Of a DNA stretch of 59,095 bases, positions 1-9,612 are shown piece after piece. Made by a program: the position numbers and the translations under genes. Position 1 is the stretch's first letter, and each line of letters starts with the position of its first letter. Below the pieces are notes generated by a model, which was not told the origin of the DNA, did not search any database, and saw only the letters and a program-made list of their open reading frames with translations. This stretch comes from a virus (taxonomy: Duplodnaviria > Heunggongvirae > Uroviricota > Caudoviricetes): positions 1-59,095 of IMG/VR virus record IMGVR_UViG_3300029305_005988. The stretch is one strand, 5' to 3'.

Positions 1-63
1 TTGCCCCTATACACCTTTTCCACTAACCAGTGGGGTATTTATCTAAAAAATTTTTAAAATTAA

Positions 64-103
64 GGTCAAATTTAGATAAATGCTAACGGGGAAATCTTAT
101 ATA
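64..103 (+). promoter_or_regulatory. Putative phage promoter GGTCA-N29-TATATA inside the intron, upstream of the HE gene
   Basis: GGTCA at 64-68 and TATATA at 98-103; same 29-nt spacer as 7 other sites in the window. Confidence 0.6.
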
Positions 104-206
104 ACAGTGAGGATACAAAAAATATCCTAACTGTTATCAGACAATCCCGTGGGAAATTAAAGGATAATGATAACAGTAATATAATATTAAAAAGGAGAGA
201 AATGGT

Positions 207-1049
207 ATGTATTATATTTACTGCTACACAAACAAAATTAATCAACATAAATATGTTGGTCAAACAAACAATTTTAATAGAAGAGTAAGAGAACATCGCT
301 CATGCGCTTTCAATGAGAAGGCTTCATCTTATAATAATTTAATTCATCAAAAGATAAGACAATATGGAGAAGCCGCTTTTGAAATATCTTTACTTGAGAA
401 GCTCTACACAGAAGATATCCAAGAAGTAAATGAAAGAGAAAAATATTGGGTTAAAAAATTAGAATCTCATTGCAGTACTGGCAAAGGATATAATGTTTCT
501 TGGGGAGGAGATTCTCGAGAGCATGCTAGAACCTGGACAAAAGAAGAAATCCAAGACATGAAGCAACTCATCAAAGATAAAACACCATTTTTAGATATTA
601 CTATTAAGTATGGCGCAAGCGCCTCTTTCATTTCTTCTCTAAATCATGGTATTTATTATTTTGATGAAAATGAAGAATATCCACTTTGTAAATACTATAA
701 AGAGGATAAAGACTATGATGAATTAATTGAACTTCTATTAAATTCAACTTATAGCTTAGCAGAAATTGCAAGAATGCTAGGATTAGGATATTCCACTGTT
801 AAAAAAATTAATGCTGGAACATTAAGAAAAGGATTATATCCTTCTTATCCAATCCGAAAAATATCTGCAAATGAACAGCGCGCGAATAAAATTAAAGAGC
901 TTTTGTTAACTACTTCTTTTTCCAATAGAGAAATTGCAGAAATGGTAAAAGCTTCCGAAGAAACTGTTCGCCGCATTAAGGTTGGAGAATGTTTTTATGA
1001 TGAAAAATTAAGTTATCCTTTAAAACCCTGTAACGACTATTCCGAGTGA
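207..1049 (+). CDS. Intron-encoded GIY-YIG homing endonuclease
   Basis: N-terminal YIYCYTN..KYVGQT (GIY-YIG variant), AAGGAG RBS, C-terminal HTH-like repeats; its 3' end overlaps the intron P7/R element. Confidence 0.9.
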   Translation: MYYIYCYTNKINQHKYVGQTNNFNRRVREHRSCAFNEKASSYNNLIHQKIRQYGEAAFEISLLEKLYTEDIQEVNEREKYWVKKLESHCSTGKGYNVSWGGDSREHARTWTKEEIQDMKQLIKDKTPFLDITIKYGASASFISSLNHGIYYFDENEEYPLCKYYKEDKDYDELIELLLNSTYSLAEIARMLGLGYSTVKKINAGTLRKGLYPSYPIRKISANEQRANKIKELLLTTSFSNREIAEMVKASEETVRRIKVGECFYDEKLSYPLKPCNDYSE

Positions 1050-1159
1050 GATCGGAAGTACCTCCTCTATTGGTACGAGGCGGGAAATGGGTGTACTTAT
1101 CTTACTCTCAAAGATAAGTAAGAGATAGTCTACGCCAGTAGGAATACTGGATTTACGTG

Positions 1160-2562
1160 ATAGTTTTAGTATTATCCATGCGCTCGCTTACAGCTTCATT
1201 GGTTTCCAGACGGCATACGCCGCCACAAGATGGAATCCTATCTATTGGAATACTGCAAACTTAATTGTCAATAGTGGTTCGCTTGAAGGATATGATAACG
1301 AGGATGATGACGAAGAGGCAAAAGACAAGCAGACAGATTATACTAAGCTGGCAAAAGCGCTTGGTGATATTTTATCCGCTGGTATCGATGTGTCTTTGGT
1401 AGACATAAATAAATCTCAATTTAGTTTTAAACCCGATGTAGAAAATAATCAAATCCTTTTTGGTATGAAAGCGTTAAGTGGAATCAATAGTGAAGTTATT
1501 GAGCAGATAATAAGCGGCAGACCGTACGCGAATATCGCAGACTTCATGGAGCGCTGTCCGCTTAATAAAACGCAGATGATTTCTCTTATTAAGGCGGGCG
1601 CTTTTGATAAGCTTGAGATAGAATGGGGTAAAGAGTTAAATATTCACCCAAGATTTGTAGTAATGGCATATTATTTATCGAAAGCTTGTGAACCTAAAAG
1701 TAAATTAACCTTACAAAACTTCAATGGACTTATTCAGCGTAGATTGGTTCCAGAGTCGCTTGACTTTGAGCGCAGAGTGTTTGAGTTTAATAAATATCTT
1801 AAAGCAAATACAAAAGTTGGAAAATATTTTGTGTTTGATGAACCCTGTGATAAATTCTATAAAGATAACTTTGATATTGAAAAGTTAGAGATTATTAATG
1901 GTTTAACTTGTATTCAACAAAAAACTTGGGATGGAATTTATCAAAAACAAATGGATGGCGCCAGAGATTGGTTAAAAGAGCATCAGAGCGAGGTTTTGCA
2001 CGAACTTAATAAGCAGCTCTTTATAGATGCTTGGAATAAATATGCCCAAGGTTCTTTGTCCTCTTGGGAAATGGAATCCTTGTGTTTCTATTATCACGAG
2101 CATGAGTTAGCGAATGTTGATACCTACAAGTATGGCATTTCAAACTTCTTTGCGCTTCCAGAAGAGCCAGAAGTTGATTATTACTTTAAGCGCAATGGTC
2201 AACAAATTCCAATTTGGAAAACGCATAAAATCATTGGAACTGTAATCGCAAAGAATGATAACAAAGCATCCATTACCCTATTGACCCCCTCGGGTGTTGT
2301 AACGGTTAAGTTTACGAAAGAATATTACGCGCAATACAAGAAGCAATTGTCGGAGCTTCAAGATGATGGGTCTAAAAAGGTGACGGAGAAGGGCTGGTTC
2401 AAGAGAGGAACGATGCTACTCTTAACTGGTTTTAGACGAGGTGATCAGTTCGTAACCAAAACCTATAAGCACACACCTACTCATCAAATCTATAAGATTT
2501 CGCTTTTCAATGATGGGCGCGATATGGAATTGGTGCATGAAAGAAAGGACATGGAAGAATGA
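1160..2562 (+). CDS. dnaE: DNA polymerase III alpha subunit, 3' exon (C-terminal part)
   Basis: Frame is open from 1159: SFSIIHALAYS..WNPIYWNTA, then SLVDINKS..ILFGMKALSG..RPYANIADF..LIKAGAFD and an OB-fold-like end; no TAG. Confidence 0.9.
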
Positions 2563-2741
2563 TAATAATTGAAAAGAAAACTATTGAAAACTATGAAAAT
2601 AGTTATTCATATCAAATGGTTGTTAATTACGACTATGCTTTTGAGAGAGATATTTTAGAAAAATATCTCTCTCAAGCAACAGAAGAAAGTAAACTATTTT
2701 TAAAAAGACAGACAAAAGGAGAAAATAAAAATGGAAAATAA
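2559..2741 (+). CDS. Hypothetical protein
   Basis: AAGGA RBS; overlaps both flanking genes. Confidence 0.6.
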   Translation: MIIIEKKTIENYENSYSYQMVVNYDYAFERDILEKYLSQATEESKLFLKRQTKGENKNGK

Positions 2742-3399
2742 ATATCAAGTAGTTGCGCTCATAGGGAAAGCGGGCGCAGGTAAAGACTCAATTCAAAAGG
2801 CAACTTGTGAACTTCATCCACTCATGTTTCACCCTATTGTCAGCTGCACTACGCGTCCGGCACGAGAGGGTGAGGTAGAGGGAGTAAATTATCACTTTAT
2901 TTCACTTAATGATTTTACACGCAAAGTGCTTAATGGAGATATGCTTGAAGCAACAGAGTTTAGAGATTGGTTCTATGGAACTACTCTTGAATCTCTCTCA
3001 AAAGACAAAATCAACATTGGAGTGTTTAATCCCGCAGGAGTAGAAGCATTGCTTGAAGACTCTCGACTAGATGTTATAGTCTTTGAAGTAACTGCGCCTG
3101 ACAAACAGCGTTTAATGCGCTATCTTAATAGAGAAGAAGTCCCTGACTGTGCTGAAATGTGTAGACGATACTTTACTGATGAAAAAGATTTTTCTGCTTT
3201 AGATTTTGATAGGTATCAAATTGACAACTGGGATGGCGCAGATTTAGACCTTTTAACTGCTTCAAACAGTTGTCTTGATGCAATAAGTGAAATGTGGGAG
3301 GCGTTAGGCGCTGATACTTCATTCGAGACTATTATGCGTTGGGAAAGCTCAATGGCGACAAAGGCAGAATCAATTGAAAACGAGGTCAAAGATAATTAA
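2731..3399 (+). CDS. gmk: Guanylate kinase-like protein
   Basis: P-loop GKAGAGKD, SCTTRPAREGEVEGVNYHF, FYGT. Confidence 0.85.
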   Translation: MENKYQVVALIGKAGAGKDSIQKATCELHPLMFHPIVSCTTRPAREGEVEGVNYHFISLNDFTRKVLNGDMLEATEFRDWFYGTTLESLSKDKINIGVFNPAGVEALLEDSRLDVIVFEVTAPDKQRLMRYLNREEVPDCAEMCRRYFTDEKDFSALDFDRYQIDNWDGADLDLLTASNSCLDAISEMWEALGADTSFETIMRWESSMATKAESIENEVKDN

Positions 3400-3423
3400 A
3401 TTATTTATTATAATTTTTATAAT
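3384..3423 (+). promoter_or_regulatory. Putative phage promoter GGTCA-N29-TATAAT upstream of the nrdH-nrdD operon
   Basis: GGTCA 3384-3388, TATAAT 3418-3423. Confidence 0.65.
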
Positions 3424-3456
3424 AAATACAAAATTAAATGATAAGGAGAAAATGAA

Positions 3457-3666
3457 ATGGATATTACTTTATATTCCACAGGATGTCCGCAATGTGCTGT
3501 CTTAAAGGCAAAGCTTGATTCAGCGGGAATTGAATACAGAATTGTCTCTGACCAAGAGACTATGGTTGCTTTAGGATTCCGTTCGGCGCCAATTCTTAAA
3601 GTTGATAATGTAACTTATAAATTTCCAGAAGCTATAAAATGGTTAAAGGAGCATGCTAATGGATAA
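3457..3666 (+). CDS. nrdH: NrdH/glutaredoxin-like redoxin
   Basis: LYSTGCPQC, SAPIL; 69 aa. Confidence 0.85.
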   Translation: MDITLYSTGCPQCAVLKAKLDSAGIEYRIVSDQETMVALGFRSAPILKVDNVTYKFPEAIKWLKEHANG

Positions 3667-4330
3667 TCAATATTGTATTTACTGCTATACTAATAAAACA
3701 AATGGTAAAAAATACATTGGTTAGTCTAAAGATATGGCTCGTCGTTGCCATCCATCCAATTATACTGGCTGTATTAAATTTTATAATGCTATTAAAAAAT
3801 ATGGCTGGGATAATTTTGAACAAACTATTTTATGTCAAAACCTAACTTTACAAGAAGCAAATCAAAAAGAAGAGCTTATTACAAAATATGATACTGTAAA
3901 TAACGGTTATAATATAAAAAGTGGCGGATTAAATAATGAATATTCGATAGAATCTCGTCAAAAAATGAGCAACAGTTGCAAAACTAAAAGAAAAATTATA
4001 TGTTTAGAAACACAAGAGATTTTTGATAGCGCCAAAGAGATTGAGCGACTCAAAGGATTCGCAAATGCAAACATTATTGCTTGCTGTCGTGGTAAATTAC
4101 ACACTGCTTATAAATTTCATTGGGCATACTATGAAGATTTTCTATCCAATAATATTCCATCTTCAATAGATCAAAGGACTACTAGTGTATATTGTGTAGA
4201 ACTAAACAAAACTTTTAAATCTCTAGCAGAAGCAGAGAAAGAACTTGGCTTACATCATGAAAATATATCTCGTTGTTGCCAAGGAATTTTACAAACAACA
4301 GGAGGATATCATTGGAGATATGGAAATTAA
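3659..4330 (+). CDS. Free-standing GIY-YIG homing endonuclease with NUMOD-like repeats (1 in-frame TAG)
   Basis: ATG at 3659 gives MDNQYCIYCYTNKTNGKKYIG-TAG(3722-3724)-SKD; the paralog at 207 has Q at this position (YVGQT). Confidence 0.88.
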
Positions 4331-6257
4331 TGTTAAATTGAAAAAAAATTTTGTTACCGCTTATAACAAAATGCAAGATGAATTTGGTACTGAAATGGCA
4401 AAATTGAATGGATTCGCTGATGAACAATTATCTTATACTGACTTTATTAGCTCCTTTATCGATACTAAAGTCGTCGCAGATGCGAGCATTGATGGCAATA
4501 GCAATGTTAGTAAAAAGGATATGGTTACTCTATTAAATGAGATGCCTAAGCCTCATAGAAAATTGTTATCTTATAATAAGATTCACTATGAAATGCAAAA
4601 ACATTTTGGATTTAAGCGCGCAAACGAGTGGTTACGAGCAGAGTGGATTGGACAGCTCTATATGCATGATGCCGATACTTCGACCTTTAAACATTACTGT
4701 TTCGCTTATGATCTTAAAGATCTAGCTGAAAAAGGACTATACTTTATCGGCGCTCCATTTAATCCAGAGCCTGCACAACACTTAACCACTTTTGTAGACT
4801 TTGTTAAAGAATATATTAGTTACGCTTCTAATCGCTCTTCAGGTGCCGTTGGTCTTCCTAACCTTATTCCTTATATGTATTACTTCTGGCACAAGGATAT
4901 GGAAGAAGATTATCTCGGTATCAAGAGCAGTGGCAATGGAGAGAAATATGCGCGCCAAAACTTCCAGCGTTTTGTTTACGCGGTGAACCAACCGTATGTT
5001 CGCGATGGGTCGCAATCTGCGTTTACTAATACAAGCGTGTTCGACCATCCTTATTATGAAGCTCTGTTTGGCGGCAGTACATTCCCCAATGGAGAATTTA
5101 TGATTGACTATGAGGAAGAGGTTATTGAATTCCAGAAGTGGTATATGGAAACCGTTGCTGATATTAGAGACAAGAATATGTTTACTTTCCCAGTCCTTTC
5201 AATCTCTCTTTTAAAACAAGAAGGAAAATTCCAGGATGAAGAATTTGCACGCTGGGCCGTAAAGCACAACATGCGCTGGTCTGATAGTAATTTATTTATT
5301 GATGACTCTGTAACTTCACTTTCTAACTGTTGCCGTTTGAAGAGTGATATTAAAGACCTAGGTTATTTTAATAGTATCGGAGGAACCGCACTTAAAGTTG
5401 GCTCTGTAAAGGTGTCTACAATCAATCTTGCGCGCCTTGCGCTTGATGTTGAAACAGAAGAAGAATATATTGAACAACTTAAGTATCGTACAAGACTTAA
5501 TCTTGAAGCTTTACACTGCGTACGAAATATCATTCGTCGCAATGTTGAGAAAGGACTTTTACCAAATTTTTCCAATGGACTGGTTGATTTCGAGCATCTT
5601 TATAACACAATAGGTTTTATTGGAGTATATGAAACTATGAAACGCTTTGGATATACTCATACTGATGAATTTGGCAATGTATTCTACACAGAAGATGCTT
5701 CTCGCCTTGGTAAGTTAATTTTTGAAACAATGCGCCAAGTAGCAGATGAATTTATAGCAGAAATGGGTGCCGATTATCACATTAATACCGAGCAAATTCC
5801 CGGAGAGTCGGCCGCCGCGAAACTAATGCGCAAAGATAAATTCTTCTATCCAAATGCAGAAGTCTTTGATCTACCTCTTTATGGCAACCAGTTTATCCCT
5901 CTTGGTATTCAGACCACTCTTGCAGAGCGTGTGCGTATTGCCGCAGAGTTTGACGGTTATTGTAACGGAGGTTCCATTCTTCATGCAAACATAGACGCCC
6001 CCTTTGATAGCTTTGAAAAGGCTTGGGATATGGTAAACTATATCTCCGATGCTGGGGTAACTTATTTTGCATTTAACACAAAGATTCAAGCATGTGACAA
6101 TAATCATGCATTTTATGGACGCACTTGCCCTCAGTGTGGTAGACCTGTTGAAACAGAGTATACTCGAATTGTTGGTTTTTATACACCAATTAAGACTTGG
6201 TCAAAAGAGCGCACAAATGAATATAAAATGAGAAAGTGGGAGCCTATTAATAAATGA
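4320..6257 (+). CDS. nrdD: Anaerobic (class III) ribonucleotide reductase, no N-terminal ATP cone
   Basis: GGAG RBS with ATG at 4320; SNCCRL, glycyl-radical loop YTRIVGFY, CPQC zinc site. Confidence 0.93.
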   Translation: MEINVKLKKNFVTAYNKMQDEFGTEMAKLNGFADEQLSYTDFISSFIDTKVVADASIDGNSNVSKKDMVTLLNEMPKPHRKLLSYNKIHYEMQKHFGFKRANEWLRAEWIGQLYMHDADTSTFKHYCFAYDLKDLAEKGLYFIGAPFNPEPAQHLTTFVDFVKEYISYASNRSSGAVGLPNLIPYMYYFWHKDMEEDYLGIKSSGNGEKYARQNFQRFVYAVNQPYVRDGSQSAFTNTSVFDHPYYEALFGGSTFPNGEFMIDYEEEVIEFQKWYMETVADIRDKNMFTFPVLSISLLKQEGKFQDEEFARWAVKHNMRWSDSNLFIDDSVTSLSNCCRLKSDIKDLGYFNSIGGTALKVGSVKVSTINLARLALDVETEEEYIEQLKYRTRLNLEALHCVRNIIRRNVEKGLLPNFSNGLVDFEHLYNTIGFIGVYETMKRFGYTHTDEFGNVFYTEDASRLGKLIFETMRQVADEFIAEMGADYHINTEQIPGESAAAKLMRKDKFFYPNAEVFDLPLYGNQFIPLGIQTTLAERVRIAAEFDGYCNGGSILHANIDAPFDSFEKAWDMVNYISDAGVTYFAFNTKIQACDNNHAFYGRTCPQCGRPVETEYTRIVGFYTPIKTWSKERTNEYKMRKWEPINK

Positions 6258-6733
6258 TTACACGAGGCATTATATTTGAAGATTTTGTTAATTATAAAGT
6301 GCCATGTATGACAATAGAATCACCTTATTGCAGTTTCAAATGCGATAAAGAATGTGGTAAGCCAGTGTGCCAAAATGGGCCACTAGCTAATGCCCCACTA
6401 TTAAATTACTCAATAGAAAGTATTATTAAAACCTATAGAAAAAATCCGATTACGCGCGCGGTGGTATTCCAAGGTCTAGAGCCTTTTGATTCTATTGAAG
6501 ATCTGCGCAACTTTGTTTTTCAATTTCGTAATTGTTATTCTATAGATGATGATATTGTTATTTACACGGGTTATAATAAAAATGAGATTGAAAATGAATT
6601 AACTCAATTAAAACAGTTTCCCAATATAGTAGTTAAATTTGGACGCTATATTCCTAATTGTGAATCTCATTTTGATGAAGTGCTAGGAGTAAAACTCGCA
6701 AGTCCAAATCAATATGCAGAAAGGATTAGTTAA
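6254..6733 (+). CDS. nrdG: Class III RNR activating radical-SAM protein
   Basis: CSFKCDKEC..CQN cysteine cluster, GLEPF, IYTGY, VKFGRY; directly follows nrdD. Confidence 0.88.
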   Translation: MITRGIIFEDFVNYKVPCMTIESPYCSFKCDKECGKPVCQNGPLANAPLLNYSIESIIKTYRKNPITRAVVFQGLEPFDSIEDLRNFVFQFRNCYSIDDDIVIYTGYNKNEIENELTQLKQFPNIVVKFGRYIPNCESHFDEVLGVKLASPNQYAERIS

Positions 6734-6924
6734 TGAAAATAAAACAATATGCAGATCCAGAATTTGCTAGCGTTATTCGTGCAGCAATAAAAGAGGCGCA
6801 AGGTCATTGTCCTTGTGTGCTTGAAATTTATCGCTGTGCAGACACTAAATGCATGTGTAAAGAGTTTCGTGAGGCGCCCATTGGCGCAATCTGTAATTGT
6901 GGTTTATATATTAAAGAAGATTGA
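6733..6924 (+). CDS. Minimal ferredoxin:thioredoxin reductase catalytic-chain-like Fe-S protein
   Basis: GHCPC..CMC..CNCGLY, matching the FTR CPC/CPC/CHC layout. Confidence 0.75.
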   Translation: MKIKQYADPEFASVIRAAIKEAQGHCPCVLEIYRCADTKCMCKEFREAPIGAICNCGLYIKED

Positions 6925-6949
6925 CAAATATAAAAAATTAAATTATAAT
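6921..6949 (+). promoter_or_regulatory. sigmaA-type promoter
   Basis: TTGACA-17-TATAAT. Confidence 0.85.
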
Positions 6950-6979
6950 TATAATATAAGTAATTTAAGGAGAAAATAA

Positions 6980-7408
6980 ATGAAGGCCAATTATACAGAT
7001 AAAATTCCACAGAGAACTTCAGAGGTTTCTTTTGGTAGTTTATACGAAGTTAATAAGCAATTAATGGAAAATGAACCAGAAATAACTGCTACAGAGCTTC
7101 AATTAGCGAAAGAGCATTTACGCACATGGATTACAAATATTTTTAATCAAAAGTATTTAATGCTTCTATGTCACGAATTGCGTGATTATACTTTGTTTAA
7201 TCTTGACAAAACTAGCTCTTGGGCAATAGCCAAACCACAGACAATTTATCAGGCAGTGGAAGATATTATTGACTGTATGACAAATAGAGGTAGTTTATTA
7301 ATTATTGATGAACAAGATGCTAATTCTTGGGAAATATGGATTCGTAATGAAGAAGGATGCTTTGCATACTATTTATTTCCGTATGGCAATGCCGTTCTTG
7401 AATATTAA
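6980..7408 (+). CDS. Hypothetical protein
   Basis: AAGGAG RBS, 142 aa. Confidence 0.8.
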   Translation: MKANYTDKIPQRTSEVSFGSLYEVNKQLMENEPEITATELQLAKEHLRTWITNIFNQKYLMLLCHELRDYTLFNLDKTSSWAIAKPQTIYQAVEDIIDCMTNRGSLLIIDEQDANSWEIWIRNEEGCFAYYLFPYGNAVLEY

Positions 7409-7419
7409 GGAGATATAAT

Positions 7420-7686
7420 ATGACATACGATAGAATTGTAATTTGGACCTCGCCAACCGAGCGTTTTCAAAAACTTTATGTATTTAAAGATGGCGCCCTT
7501 ATAGATCAAATGGGGGTTGAGCCTGAAAACTTAAGCGATACTCTTACAGCCCTAGTTAACAAATATACTATTAATCGTCTTGATTTTTCAGGTACCCATA
7601 GCTATGCAGAAGGGCTTGTGCATGAGTTTCAAGAGAAATCAATGCTGGATTTTGGAGTTAATGACATAAGAATTAATTATGTCTAA
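7420..7686 (+). CDS. Hypothetical protein
   Basis: AAGGAG RBS, 88 aa. Confidence 0.8.
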   Translation: MTYDRIVIWTSPTERFQKLYVFKDGALIDQMGVEPENLSDTLTALVNKYTINRLDFSGTHSYAEGLVHEFQEKSMLDFGVNDIRINYV

Positions 7687-7707
7687 TACTAAAGGAGATA
7701 AAAGGAT

Positions 7708-7959
7708 ATGGCTAAATATTTATTGAAAACAACAGAAGAACATCGCGCAGACACTGAAGCCGAAGCAACAGAGCTTATCAGTGCAGCCAAAGCAGATGGG
7801 CGTTATGTACTTTCTAAGTACTCTTCTGTAAAAAAAGAGCGTAAAGCAAAAGGCGAAATCATTGATGAATATTTTATTGTAACTTTAGTTAAAGTATTTG
7901 ATGATGCTAAAGAGCCTTGTGGAGAAGCAAGCGTAGAATATAAGATTGGAGCATTTTGA
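7708..7959 (+). CDS. Hypothetical protein
   Basis: AAGGA RBS, 83 aa. Confidence 0.8.
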   Translation: MAKYLLKTTEEHRADTEAEATELISAAKADGRYVLSKYSSVKKERKAKGEIIDEYFIVTLVKVFDDAKEPCGEASVEYKIGAF

Positions 7960-8446
7960 TATGGTAACTGTAAAATCGTGTGATGAAAATGGTAATTGGA
8001 ATACTCATATTGATTATGTAAAACTTTCCCCTTCTGCACATGCGCCCACCCAAGGTAGCAAGTGGGCAGCGGGTTATGATCTTCATGCTGATCTTGGTAG
8101 TTTAGATCGAGCTACAATTCTTCCTGGCGAAGTACGCAAGATTTCTACAGGCATTGCTATTGCGCTTCCTCAAGGCACGTTTGGCGCAATCTATGCACGC
8201 TCTGGTATGGCAACAAAAAGAGGACTTGCACCCGCGAATAAAGTCGGAGTTATTGATGCAGATTATCGAGGTCCAATTATCGTGGCTCTAAAAAACGAAA
8301 GTAATGAACTACAATATATTGAACATGGTGAGCGTATTGCTCAACTTGTTGTTCAACCTTATATCTCTGTGGTATTTGATGAAGTAGATAATATTGGAAC
8401 TACCGCTCGTGGAGAAGGTGGTTTTGGATCAACCGGCTCTAATTAA
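7946..8446 (+). CDS. dut: Trimeric dUTPase
   Basis: AGYDL, RSG, GVIDADYRG, RIAQL, RGEGGFGSTG; the true start may be ATG at 7961. Confidence 0.95.
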   Translation: MEHFDMVTVKSCDENGNWNTHIDYVKLSPSAHAPTQGSKWAAGYDLHADLGSLDRATILPGEVRKISTGIAIALPQGTFGAIYARSGMATKRGLAPANKVGVIDADYRGPIIVALKNESNELQYIEHGERIAQLVVQPYISVVFDEVDNIGTTARGEGGFGSTGSN

Positions 8447-8463
8447 ACACAAGGAGAAAGAAA

Positions 8464-8694
8464 ATGGCATAGAAACCTGCAATCTTATTACACAATGAAG
8501 CTCAAAATGCTTTAATCAATACTGTAAATTATTTTGTTCAACAAGGTGTTCCGCTATACGAAATGAAGGCAATTTTTGATACTCTCGGCGCAGATCTTAC
8601 AAATCTTGTAGAACAAGAATTAAAGAAAGCTGAAACTGAATATAACACAGCAGTTGAGAATGAAAAGAATAAAAACGAAGAAGTAGCAGAATAA
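8464..8694 (+). CDS. Hypothetical coiled-coil protein, 76 aa (TAG at codon 3; missing from the ORF track)
   Basis: AAGGAG RBS, ATG GCA TAG AAA..., open to TAA at 8692-8694. Confidence 0.75.
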
Positions 8695-8706
8695 TGCTAC
8701 TTCTTT

Positions 8707-8735
8707 TTGACTTTATAAAAAATTTCAAGTATAAT
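8707..8735 (+). promoter_or_regulatory. sigmaA-type promoter for ruvC
   Basis: TTGACT-17-TATAAT. Confidence 0.8.
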
Positions 8736-8761
8736 ATGATTAGAATGGAGGTGCATATATT

Positions 8762-9271
8762 TTGTATTTACTTGCACTAGACTGCTCTACAAAAAGCACG
8801 GGAGTAGCAATTTTTAAAGATAAAGAGTTAATGGGATAGAGCTGTATTACAGCATCTTCAAATGATTTATATAAAAGAATACATAAAATGGTTGATAATA
8901 TTCTTGCAATAGTAGAATAGTTGGGCATTGAAAAGATTGTGATGGAAGAAGTTATTCCAGATCATAGTAAAAATACAAATACCTTTAAAGCCTTAATGTA
9001 TCTATAGGCGCTAATTCATATTGAAATGCATGATAAGCATCCTGAAGTATAGATCGAATTAGTTTATCCTAGCTCTTGGCGCTCAGTATGTGGAATAGAA
9101 GACGGGCGCGGGTCAAAAAGAGAATAGAAAAAGCAAAAAGACATAGCTTTTGCAAATCAAACATATGGATTATCCTTAGTTAATGATGATATAGCAGATG
9201 CTATCTGTATTGGTTATGCATATTTACATCCAAAAAAAGAAAAAGATTATAGTGCTGCTTTAGAATGGTAA
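8762..9271 (+). CDS. ruvC: RuvC-like Holliday junction resolvase, 169 aa (5 in-frame TAG; missing from the ORF track)
   Basis: GGAGG RBS, TTG start; LALDCSTKSTG, IVMEEV, YPSSWR, DDIADAICIG. Confidence 0.88.
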
Positions 9272-9277
9272 AAATAA

Positions 9278-9305
9278 AAGAGGAAGATTTTAATATCTTC
9301 CTCTT
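9278..9305. terminator. Bidirectional hairpin terminator where the + and - operons converge
   Basis: AAGAGGAAGAT-N6-ATCTTCCTCTT. Confidence 0.75.
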
Positions 9306-9610
9306 CTTATTCTCTCGAACATTATATCAGTCAAATCTATTATTTCCTCGCCAAAAGTAGCGATTATTTCCGCTAACAACTCCTCTTCATCGTGCTCTAA
9401 CCTAACATCATATGCAAACATAGCGGCATGGACTAGCTCATGACACAATACTTTTTCAAATGCCTCACCATGAAGTTCATTGCTGATATAAATAGTCTTA
9501 GTAGAGTCATTACACGCCCCAATAGCAAAGTCACCGTTCGGCATTAAAAGTGCAACGTCGTATGGCATTACTAAGACTATCCACCATTGTTCTCCGTTTA
9601 TTGTGAACAT
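9290..9610 (-). CDS. Small HExxH zinc-metallopeptidase-like protein
   Basis: TIYIS..LCHELVHA..HDEEELLAE. Confidence 0.7.
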   Translation of the reverse strand: MFTINGEQWWIVLVMPYDVALLMPNGDFAIGACNDSTKTIYISNELHGEAFEKVLCHELVHAAMFAYDVRLEHDEEELLAEIIATFGEEIIDLTDIMFERIRRGRY

Positions 9611-9612
9611 GA

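Larger units (their letters stand above)
1..1159 (+). mobile_element. Group I intron in dnaE (5' end lies before the window), carrying a GIY-YIG homing endonuclease gene
   Basis: Core-like elements TGCTAACGGGGAA (81-93), AATCCCGTGGGAA, TGTAACGACTAT (~1029-1040) and AAGAGATAGTCT (~1121-1132). A terminal G at 1159 followed by AT AGT TTT restores (T)AT-AGT-TTT = Y-S-F of the DnaE YSF..HA.AY motif. Confidence 0.88.
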
